Assembly: GCA_032718475.1 (NCBI GenBank)
Contig: JAUCBJ010006766.1
Coordinates: 62,001 to 126,000 of the forward strand
DNA length: 64,000 nt
Origin: Nemertoderma westbladi
Taxonomy: Eukaryota; Animalia; Xenacoelomorpha
Direction of reading: 5' to 3'
Within the stretch, counting starts at the first letter, position 1. Every line of letters starts with the position of its first letter. Made by a program: the position numbers and the translations under genes. The notes under the pieces were generated by a model. That model ran no database searches and was not told the DNA's origin. It worked only from the letters and a program-made list of their open reading frames with translations. Of this stretch, positions 24,601-36,600 are shown in pieces.

Positions 24601-27600
24601 CACAAGGCATGTCGCAAAATTCGTAAATATTCCCATTAGCGTAATTCTCGCATGTTTGTGGGCATGCAGGACCACAGAGCTAAAAAAATAATTTGATTCA
24701 ATGAATAGCAGAGAAATGTGAAATTTTTATTGAAAAACAAAACACTTTTTATCCCTTAGATAAGTCAGATATGCAGCGAGTCAATCTCGGTAATAATCTC
24801 ATACTCACTTGATATACTTTTCCATCGTCGCACATTTCCGGGCAGAAATCTGGTCGTCTCCACTTTATCTGAACTCCTTTGTTCTGGCATTCCTCGGCGT
24901 AAGCCGCAATGATTGTGCACGGACACTCGCAATCGCCACCTTTGTCGCAACTGGAAAAATTAACATGATATAGTCACAAAAAATAAAGAATCGATTATTT
25001 CTGGGTCTAAAAATTGTAATTCCAAACAAAAGTTGTTGATTATTATATGTTGCCATTATGAAATTTTATGATGATAAAATTAATGTAGAAGTAATTTTGA
25101 GCAAGAAATCTATTTCCACTTTGAGTGGAAATAAAATATGTTACAAGGTATAGGAAGGCTTGTCTAGTAGCGTATACAACTAAACAGTCAGAATCATATT
25201 ATTTAGTTTCAATTTGAACTGAAAGATTCCCGTCTGTTTATTTACTAAGAAGTACTTCACTAACCCACAAGAATCGTAGGTGCACCAATCATAAAAGGCC
25301 TGGGGGTTGACCAGGGAATGACACTGTTTGAACGTCTCCCCATCCATAATGGCGCACACAGACTTGGCCCACGGCTCTCTGTGCGGATTGGATGCACAAG
25401 GGTTGCCATGTTGATCAACGTAAAATTTGGAAAGAGGTGGGCAGCTGTCTCGGACCTAATAAAATAAAAGTATTCGTATTAGACAAAGAATTAACTACTA
25501 AACCGAAAGTGAATTTAATATAAAATAAAAAAAATAATTTACAAACAAATTATTTCAACGAGTACCAATAGATAATAATTAAAATTAATTAGTAAGGAGA
25601 TCTCCTCTCACAAATAAAAAGCAAAAAATAAATACAATGACAGGTACTTGACCTTCCATGATTCGCCGAATAATTCTGGTCTGGTCTCGATTGCGCCATC
25701 TCGTGACTCGAAGTCGTTGTCTGCATCACCGTCGTAGTGTCCACAAAGTCCACCGACTTTATTCTTAAAGGATGGTTCGAGTTTGATGTACACACGTGTT
25801 TCTGAAAACAAATTAATTGTAATATTACATTACGAATTGATACAAGTAACTCTATCAGTACTGATCAGTGACATCATTTCACCACACACGCAATTTTTTG
25901 TAATTTTTGTTTTATATGTAAGAACATCAACCATTAATGTTTGCAAAGAGATACTGAAATACAGTATTATTTTATTACTTTATTATTATCTATCTAGGAA
26001 TTCCTACACTAAATAAAATATACAAACACAACATTCCATATCATAGTGCGAATCGTAGGAAATTAACCCCGATTTAGTATTCCATGGTGTTAGCTTAATC
26101 ATTATGCCCTCATTACAAATGTCATAGCACACTGACGCGACTCGGCGCTGACGCGGATCACTAGTCTACAAATAATACTCACTTCCATCCCATAAGACAT
26201 TGATTCCGCGTCCTGACTTAACAAATGTGTAGATGCCAGCATTGTAGATTTCGATACCGGTAGCAAAGTATGGTAGAGATATCGGCGCGTTACTCAACTG
26301 AACTTCCTGGCCTCGCAATAAACTGATTTTTGTCTCTCCCAACTGAAATAAATAAACATCTCTGTGGATTAGTAACAGTTAATTAATATCATCTCTACTT
26401 GGTGAATTGCAGTCAGTAAGTAGGCCGAATAGTTTCTCTGTTTTGGTCTGACCATGACCTAGTAATGATATCTTTTAGTAGGTCATGGTCTGACAACAAA
26501 ATGATAATTATTGACGAGTTTTGTTGGGTTAAATTATCGCCTGGAAAAAAGCAAAGTGGGGTTGAATTTTATATAATCTTTGAACTGATGGTGATTAATT
26601 TTGATCTCTAAGATACGTACTTGTAGTAACACACTCACCTGTATAATGAGACTTTTTGTGCCCGTGACCTCGGTGGTACCACAATGTAGTACCGCACTCA
26701 CCTGTATAATGAGACTTTTTGTGCCCGTGACCTCGGTGGTACCACAATGTAGTACCGCACTCACCTGTATAATGAGACTTTTTGTGCCCGTGACCTCGGT
26801 GGTACAACAATGTAGTACCGCACTCACCTGTATAATGAGACTGTTTGTGCCCGTAACCTCGGTGGTACCACAATGTAGTACCGCACTCACCTGTATAATG
26901 AGACTTTTTGTGCCCGTAACCTCGGTGGTACCACAATGTAGTACCTCACTCACCTGTATAATGAGACTTTTTGTGCCCGTAACCTCGGTGGTACCACAAT
27001 GTAGTACCGCACTCACCTGTATAATGAGACTTTTTGCGCCCGTGACCTCGGTGGTACCACAATGTAGTACCGCACTCACCTGTATAATGAGACTTTTTGT
27101 GCCCGTAACCTCGGTGGTACCACAATGTAGTACCGCACTCACCTGTATAATGAGACTTTTTGCGCCCGTGACCTCAGTGGTACCACAATGTAGTACCGCA
27201 CTCACCTGTATAATGAGACTTTTTGTGCACGTGACCTCGGTGGTACCACAATGTAGTACCGCACTCACCTGTATAATGAGACTTTTTGTGCCCGTAACCT
27301 CGGTGGTACCACAATGTAGTACCGCACTCACCTGTATAATGAGACTTTTTGTGCACGTGACCTCGGTGGTACCACAATGTAGTACCGCACTCACCTGTAT
27401 AATGAGACTTTTTGTGCACGTGACCTCGGTGGTACCACAATGTGGTACCGCACTCACCTATATAATGATACTTTTTGCGCCCGTGACCTCGGTTGTACCA
27501 CAATGTAGTACCGCACTCACCTGTATAATGAGACTTTTTGTGCACGTGACCTCGGTGGTACCACAATGTGGTACCGCACTCACCTATATAATGATACTTT

Positions 27601-30600
27601 TTGCGCCCGTGACCTCGGTTGTACCACAATGTAGTACCGCACTCACCTGTATAATGAGACTTTTTGTGCACGTGACCTCGGTGGTACCACAATGTGGTAC
27701 CGCACTCACCTATATAATGATACTTTTTGCGCCCGTGACCTCGGTTGTACCACAATGTAGTACCGCACTCACCTGTATAATGAGACTTTTTGTGCCCGTA
27801 ACCTCGGTGGTACCACAATGTAGTACCGCACTCACCTGTATAATGAGACTTTTTGTGCCCGTGACCTCGGTGGTACCACAATGTAGTACCGCACTCACCT
27901 GTATAATGAGACTTTTTGTGCACGTGACCTCGGTGGTACCACAAGCGATGTTCTCCGCTTCCACACTAAAGCTCTCATCACTATTATCCTTTGATTTGAC
28001 TAAGTAGTAGCTACAGCCACCTTGGAATGTGTAGAACTTACCTGAAATATACAATAAATTAATAAATTAATAATTTGTTAGTATAAGGTAGATTGATTGC
28101 TGTTTGCACTTTGCACTTTTTTTGTTGCTTACTATTGATTGAGGCCTTTGATCTGCATCATTTGTATATATAAAGACTCACTCACCATCAAATGTTACGT
28201 AATGTGGATCACCCAAAGCCATACAAGTTGAATGACATTCGTTGTCTTGACACTGCCAATTCCTTCCCTGGCAGACGCAGGTGTTACAATCGATACGAAT
28301 TTCTTCGCCAGTTTCGAATTTTTCACCAGAATGGTAGCAAGGGCAGTTGTTCTGGTCAATACAGTGGTCGCCCTATTTAAACAAAAACAACTCAAAACTC
28401 ACTACCCACGCAAGAGGCAATTAGCTATAGGCAATTAACTATACAACCTGAACCTACAATTAGAATTAAGTTCTTGTTAATATTGATAAATTTATATACT
28501 AGCTAAAACCATCTAGCAGACTGTACCGGTGCAGACAACTACAAACGCTAAAAGTTGCTATAACTTTCGACTGTGTGGATAATTATTTTTAATATTAGGT
28601 CCAAACCTTTTATACTTTGATGATCTATTAATACTTATCAAACCGCCAATGTGAAAATTTTTTCAAGAATTTTAGAATAAAACTGGACTGGCTATAATGT
28701 TCTGAACATCTTTATTTCCACTCAGTGCAGTACACCAAAAACGACTAGTTTACACTTGAGTGTTTAAATTGATGACCTTTTAACCCCTATGACCCACACA
28801 CGCACATCGAACTATAAGGTAATCAATCTACTATAAGGCTTCCCTTTAGGTCTATCAGGTAAACAATGAATGTTAATGTCGACAGACAGTACCTCCAACA
28901 GCATCCCGTCTGGGCAAGTGCATCCTCCTAATATGGGAGTTTCACATCCTTCAGCTCCTTGCGGATACATACATGTTGCTACGCAACCACTGAACGCATC
29001 GTCATAAATCATGTTGTTAGGGCATTGAGCATCGCCGTCGCAACCGGATTCATCGCAACTCCATAGCCCCTCCAGACAGGTGCTAAAAAACGACAAAATG
29101 TACAGTGAGATAAAGCCTAAAATTATTGTGAGTTCGAGGGGCCTCTCCTACCACGTTGCGCGTCCCACACTGTATAGTGAGCTATATATGGACAACCATT
29201 ATTTTGTCTACACATACAGAACTACCTTCTAAACGCGGTAATTATTCGGTGTGAATTAACCCGATCCAAATGTATTTAAAACCTTATTCCTTATTCAGTA
29301 TAATCTAGCAGGTGATGCGCAGGATATCCCAAAACTTACCATGTGCTACATGCTTTATCCAAAATCTGCTCATTGAAATATTTTTGACCGTTGAACATGC
29401 AAGGACAGCGACTTTTGTCCACACAAATATCTTCTTGTTCATCTACAACCTGCAAAGTGCGAAATCAACGGATGGTTAACTGGTTAACGAATGTTTATAT
29501 AATGTCAAGTGATAGAGGTCTGTTAGTTTTATACTTTAAGCTGCAATTAAAAAGTATTATTTATTATTGTACTGTAATATTCGATTAACCACTTTTTCTC
29601 ACCTGGTCCCCACTGCAAACGCATCCGGCTAAGCAATGATTAGCACAGTAAGGGTCAGTGTTCGCTTTAGAAAGCGTGCCGCAGGTTAGTCCGCAAGGCT
29701 CGGAGCATTCTTTGAATGTTTGACTTGGTACGCTGCAGATAACAGCTGTAATAGATAGAATGAATGTCTCATTAAGGTACGCTGCAGGTAACAGCTGTAA
29801 TAAATATAATCAATGTTTCATTAAGGTACGCTGCAGGTAACAGCTGTAATAAATATAATCAATGTTTCATTAAGGTACGCTGCAGGTAACAGCTGTAATA
29901 AATATAATCAATGTTTCATTAAGGTACGCTGCAGGTAACAGCTGTAATAAATATAATCAATGTTTCATTAAGGTACGCTGCAGGTAACAGCTGTAATAAA
30001 TATAATCAATGTTTCATTAAGGTACGCTGCAGGTAACAGCTGTACTAAATAGAATGAATGTTTTATTAAGGTACGCTGCAGGTAACAGCTGTAATAAATA
30101 TAATCAATGTTTCATTAAGGTACGCTGCAGGTAACAGCTGTAATAAATATAATCAATGTTTCATTAAGGTACGCTGCAGGTAACAGCTGTACTAAATAGA
30201 ATGAATGTTTTATTAAGGTACGCTGCAGGTAACAGCTGTAATAAACATAATCAATGTTTCATTAAGGTACGCTGCAGGTAACAGCTGTACTAAATAGAAT
30301 GAATGTTTTATTAAGGTACGCTGCAGGTAACAGCTGTAATAAACATAATCAATGTTTCATTAAGGTACGCTGCAGGTAACAGCTGTACTAAATAGAATGA
30401 ATGTTTTATTAAGGTACGCTGCAGGTAACAGCTGTAATAAACATAATCAATGTTTCATTAAGGTACGCTGCAGGTAACAGCTGTAATAAATATAATCAAT
30501 GTTTCATTAAGGTACGCTGCAGGTAACAGCTGTAATAAATATAATCAATGTTTCATTAAGGTACGCTGCAGGTAACAGCTGTACTAAATAGAATGAATGT

Positions 30601-33600
30601 TTTATTAAGGTACGCTGCAGGTAACAGCTGTAATAAATATAATCAATGTTTCATTAAGGTACGCTGCAGGTAACAGCTGTAATAAATATAATCAATGTTT
30701 CATTAAGGTACGCTGCAGGTAACAGCTGTACTAAATAGAATGAATGTTTTATTAAGGTACGCTGCAGGTAACAGCTGTAATAAACATAATCAATGTTTCA
30801 TTAAGGTACGCTGCAGGTAACAGCTGTACTAAATAGAATGAATGTTTCATTAAGGTACGCTGCAGGTAACAGCTGTACTAAATAGAATGAATGTTTCATT
30901 AAGGTACGCTGCAGGTAACAGCTGTAATAAATATAATCAATGTTTCATTAAGGTACGCTGCAGGTAACAGCTGTAATAAATATAATGAATGTTTCATTAA
31001 GGTACGCTGCAGGTAACAGCTGTAATAAATAGAACGAATGTTTTATTAAGGTACGCTGCAGGTAACAGCTGTAATAAACATAATCAATGTTTCATTAAGG
31101 TACGCTGCAGGTAACAGCTGTACTAAATAGAATGAATGTTTCATTAAGGTACGCTGCAGGTAACAGCTGTACTAAATAGAATGAATGTTTTATTAAGGTA
31201 CGCTGCAGGTAACAGCTGTAATAAACATAATCAATGTTTCATTAAGGTACGCTGCAGGTAACAGCTGTACTAAATAGAATGAATGTTTCATTAAGGTACG
31301 CTGCAGGTAACAGCTGTACTAAATAGAATGAATGTTTTATTAAGGTACGCTGCAGGTAACAGCTGTAATAAACATAATCAATGTTTCATTAAGGTACGCT
31401 GCAGGTAACAGCTGTAATAAATATAATCAATGTTTCATTAAGGTACGCTGCAGGTAACAGCTGTACTAAATAGAATGAATGTTTCATTAAGGTACGCTGC
31501 AGGTAACAGCTGTACTAAATAGAATGAATGTTTCATTAAGGTACGCTGCAGGTAACAGCTGTACTAAATAGAATGAATGTTTTATTAAGGTACGCTGCAG
31601 GTAACAGCTGTAATAAACATAATCAATGTTTCATTAAGGTACGCTGCAGGTAACAGCTGTACTAAATAGAATGAATGTTTTATTAAGGTACGCTGCAGGT
31701 AACAGCTGTACTAAATAGATTGAATGTTTCATTAAGGTACGCTGCAGGTAACAGCTGTAATAAATATAATGAATGTTTCATTAAGGTACGCTGCAGGTAA
31801 CAGCTGTACTAAATAGAATGAATGTTTCATTAAGGTACGCTGCAGGTAACAGCTGTAATAAATAGAATGAATGTTTCATTAAGGTACGCTGCAGGTAACA
31901 GCTGTAAGAAATAGATTGAATGTTTCATTAAGGTACGCTGCAGGTAACAGCTGTAATAAATATAATGAATGTTTCATTAAGGTACGCTGCAGGTAACAGC
32001 TGTAATAAATAGATTGAATGTTTCATTAAGGTACGCTGCAGGTAACAGCTGTAATAAATAGATTGAAAGTTTCAACTCAACTTACCGCAATGTTCGGAGG
32101 TTGAGGGCAATTCTCTCCAATTGACTAGTATATCCCTCTTATTGCACTCGTGCGAGTAGGCCGACATTGCTGTGCAGTAAGACTGGGGGTTTCTGAAGAA
32201 GATAGAAATATAAAGTAACATTATTTACATTAAGTGCATTGTTGCACTGGATAAATAATACATTGCAATGATGCAGCGAAGCGACAGACATAAAAATATT
32301 CATTCGAGGATAAATTTCTGTCAATCGAACTCAATTTTACTAATTTTCACATCGATTTTCACATGGCATTTATCTTTTGATAAACAACATACAGTTGGGG
32401 AGAAAGGCACCTTTCAGAAACTTATAACAGTTGAACTATATAGAGGGTAACTACTCCTACATGAACGGATCACGACATCTACACTAATCTGATTTATTTT
32501 CTTTGATGACTTACACCAAACTTACTCATTTCCTTCAGCTGCACACAAACTTACCCATTTCCTTCCGCTGCACACAAACTTACCCATTTCCATCCGCTGC
32601 ATACAAACTTACCCATTTCCTTCAGCTGCACACAAACTTATCCATTTAGTTCCGCTGCACACAAACTTACTCATTTCCTTCCGCTGCACACAAACTTACC
32701 CATTTCTTTCCGCTGCACACAAACTTACCTATTTCCTTCCGCTGCACACAAACTTACCCATTTCCTTCCGCTGCACACAAACTTACCCATTTCCTTCCGC
32801 TGCACACAAACTTACCCATTTCCTTCCGCTGCACACAAACTTACCCATTTCCTTCAGCTGCACACAAACTTACCCATTTCGTTCCGCTGCACACAAACTT
32901 ACTCATTTCCTTCCGCTGCACACAAACTTACTCATTTCCTTCCGCTGCACACAAACTTACCCATTTCCTTCCGCTGCACACAAACTTACCTATTTCCTTC
33001 CGCTGCACACAAACTTACCCATTTCCTTCCGCTGCACACAAACTTACCCATTTCCTTCCGCTGCACACAAACTTACCCATTTCCTTCCGCTGCACACAAA
33101 CTCACCCATTTCCTTCAGCTGCACACAAACTTACCCATTTAGTTCCGCTGCACACAAACTTACTCATTTCCTTCCGCTGCACACAAACTTACCCATTTCT
33201 TTCCGCTGCACACAAACTTACCCATTTCCTTCCGCTGCACACAAACTTACCCATTTCCTTCCGCTGCACACAAACTTACCCATTTCCTTCAGCTGCACAC
33301 AAACTTACCCATTTCGTTCCGCTGCACACAAACTTACTCATTTCCTTCCGCTGCACACAAACTTACCCATTTCTTTCCGCTGCACACAAACTTACCCATT
33401 TCCTTCCGCTGCACACAAACTTACCCATTTCCTTCCGCTGCACACAAACTTACCCATTTCCTTCAGCTGCACACAAACTTACCCATTTCGTTCCGCTGCA
33501 CACAAACTTACTCATTTCCTTCCGCTGCACACAAACTTAACCATTTCCTTCAGCTGCACACAAACTTACCCATTTCGTTCCGCTGCACACAAACTTACTC

Positions 33601-36600
33601 ATTTCCTTCCGCTGCACACAAACTTACCCATTTCCTTCCGCTGCACACAAACTTACTCATTTCCTTCCGCTGCACACAAACTTACCCATTTCCTTCCGCT
33701 GCACACAACCTTACCCATTTCCTTCAGCTGCACACAAACTTACCCATTTCCTTCCGCTGCACACAAACTTACCCATTTCCTTCCGCTGCACACAAACTTA
33801 CCCATTTCCTTCCGCTGCACACAAACTTACCCATTTCCTTCAGCTGCACACAAACTTACCCATTAAGTTCCGCTGCACACAAACTTACCGATTTCTTCCG
33901 CTGCACACAAACTTACCCATTTCCTTCCGCTGCACACAAACTTACCCATTTCCTTCCGCTGCACACAAACTTACCCATTTCCTTCCGCTGCACACAAACT
34001 TACCCATTTCCTTCCGCTGCACACAAACTTACCCATTTCCTTCCGCTGCACACAAACTTACACATTTCCTTCCGCTGCACACAAACTTACCCATTTCCTT
34101 CAGCTGCACACAAACTTACCCATTTCCTTCCGCTGCGCACAAACTTACCCATTTCCTTCAGCTGCACACAAACTTACCCATTTAGTTCCGCTGCACACAA
34201 ACTTACCGATTTCCTTCCGCTGCACACAAACTTACCCATTTCCTTCCGCTGCACACAAACTTACCCATTTCCTTCCGCTGCACACAAACTTACCCATTTC
34301 CTTCCGCTGCACACAAACTTACCCATTTCCTTCCGCTGCACACAAACTTACCCATTTCCTTCCGCTGCACACAAACTTACACATTTCCTTCCGCTGCACA
34401 CAAACTTACCCATTTCCTTCAGCTGCACACAAACTTACCCATTTCCTTCCGCTGAACACAAATTTACCCATTTCCTTCCGCTGCACACAAACTTACCCAT
34501 TTCCTTCCGCTGCACACAAACTTACTCATTTCCTTCAGCTGCACACAAACTTACTCATTTCCTTCCGCTGCACACAAACTTACCCATTTCCTTCCGCTGC
34601 ACATAAACTTACCCATTTCCTTCCGCTGCACACAAACTTACACATTTCCTTCCGCTGCACACAAACTTACCCATTTCTTTCCGCTGCACACAAACTTACC
34701 CATTTCCTTCCGCTGCACACAAACTTACCCATTTCCTTCCGCTGCACACAAACTTACCCATTTCCTTCAGCTGCACACAAACTTACCCATTTCGTTCCGC
34801 TGCACACAAACTTACTCATTTCCTTCCGCTGCACACAAACTTACCCATTTCTTTCCGCTGCACACAAACTTACCCATTTCCTTCCGCTGCACACAAACTT
34901 ACCCATTTCCTTCCGCTGCACACAAACTTACCCATTTCCTTCCGCTGCACACAAACTTACACATTTCCTTCCGCTGCACACAAACTTACCCATTTCCTTC
35001 AGCTGCACACAAACTTACCCATTTCCTTCCGCTGAACACAAATTTACCCATTTCCTTCCGCTGCACACAAACTTACCCATTTCCTTCCGCTGCACACAAA
35101 CTTACTCATTTCCTTCAGCTGCACACAAACTTACTCATTTCCTTCCGCTACACACAAACGTACCCATTTCCTTCCGCTGCACATAAACTTACCCATTTCC
35201 TTCCGCTGCACACAAACTTACCCATTTCCTTCCGCTGCACACAAACTTACCCATTTCCTTCCGCTGCACACAAACTTACACATTTCCTTCCGCTGCACAC
35301 AAACTTACCCATTTCCTTCAGCTGCACACTAACTTACCCATTTCCTTCCGCTGAACACAAATTTACCCATTTCCTTCCGCTGCACACAAACTTACCCATT
35401 TCCTTCCGCTGCACACAAACTTACTCATTTCCTTCAGCTGCACACAAACTTACTCATTTCCTTCCGCTGCACACAAACCTACCAATTTCCTCCGCTGCAC
35501 ATAAACTTACCCATTTCCTTCCGCTGCACACAAACGTACCAATTTCCTTCAGCTGCACACAAACTTACCCATTTCCTTCCGCTGCACACAAACTTACCCA
35601 TTTCCTTCCGCTGCACACAAACTTACTCATTTCCTTCAGCTGCACACAAACTTACTCATTTCCTTCCGCTGCACACAAACTTACCCATTTCCTTCCGCTG
35701 CACATATACTTACCCATTTCCTTCCGCTGCACACAAACGTACCAATTTCCTTCAGCTGCACACTAACTTACCCATTTCCTTCCGCTGAACACAAATTTAC
35801 CCATTTCCTTCCGCTGCACACAAACTTACCCATTTCCTTCCGCTGCACACAAACTTACTCATTTCCTTCAGCTGCACACAAACTTACTCATTTCCTTCCG
35901 CTGCACACAAACTTACCCATTTCCTTCCGCTGCACATAAACTTACCCATTTCCTTCCGCTGCACACAAACGTACCAATTTCCTTCAGCTGCACACAAACT
36001 TACCCATTTCCTTCCGCTGCACACAAACTTACCCATTTCCTTCCGCTGCACACAAACTTACCCATTTCCTTCCGCTGCACACAAACTTACCAATTTCCTT
36101 CCGCTGCACACAAACTTACACATTTCCTTCCGCTGCACACAAACTTACCCATTTCCTTCAGCTGCACACAAACTTACCCATTTCCTTCCGCTGAACACAA
36201 ATTTACCCATTTCCTTCCGCTGCACACAAACTTACCCATTTCCTTCCGCTGCACACAAACTTACTCATTTCCTTCAGCTGCACACAAACTTACTCATTTC
36301 CTTCCGCTGCACACAAACTTACCCATTTCCTTCCGTTGCACACAAACTTACCCAATTCCTTCCGCTGCACACAAACTTACCCATTTCCTTCAGCTGCACA
36401 CAAACTTACCCATTTCCTTCCGTTGCACACAAACTTACCCATTTCCTTCCGTTGCACACATGTCCCACAAACAATTCTTGTAAAAGGGTTCCACATCCAC
36501 AGCCTCGTGGCAGCTACTGAATGGTTCCCCGTTAAGAATTTCGCAATATTCTTTGGCAGCGTCTTTTTTCTGATTTAAAAAATAAATAAAGTAACAATAA

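Noticed and set aside
26534-28007. ORFs of 468, 307 and 256 aa over the 63-bp array as separate genes
   Set aside because: Repeat-derived; the unit is a copy of the exon 20 donor junction.
11683-36460. Regular arrays (29-64 bp) as CRISPR arrays
   Set aside because: Units are head-to-tail with no unique spacers, there are no cas genes, and the context is eukaryotic introns.
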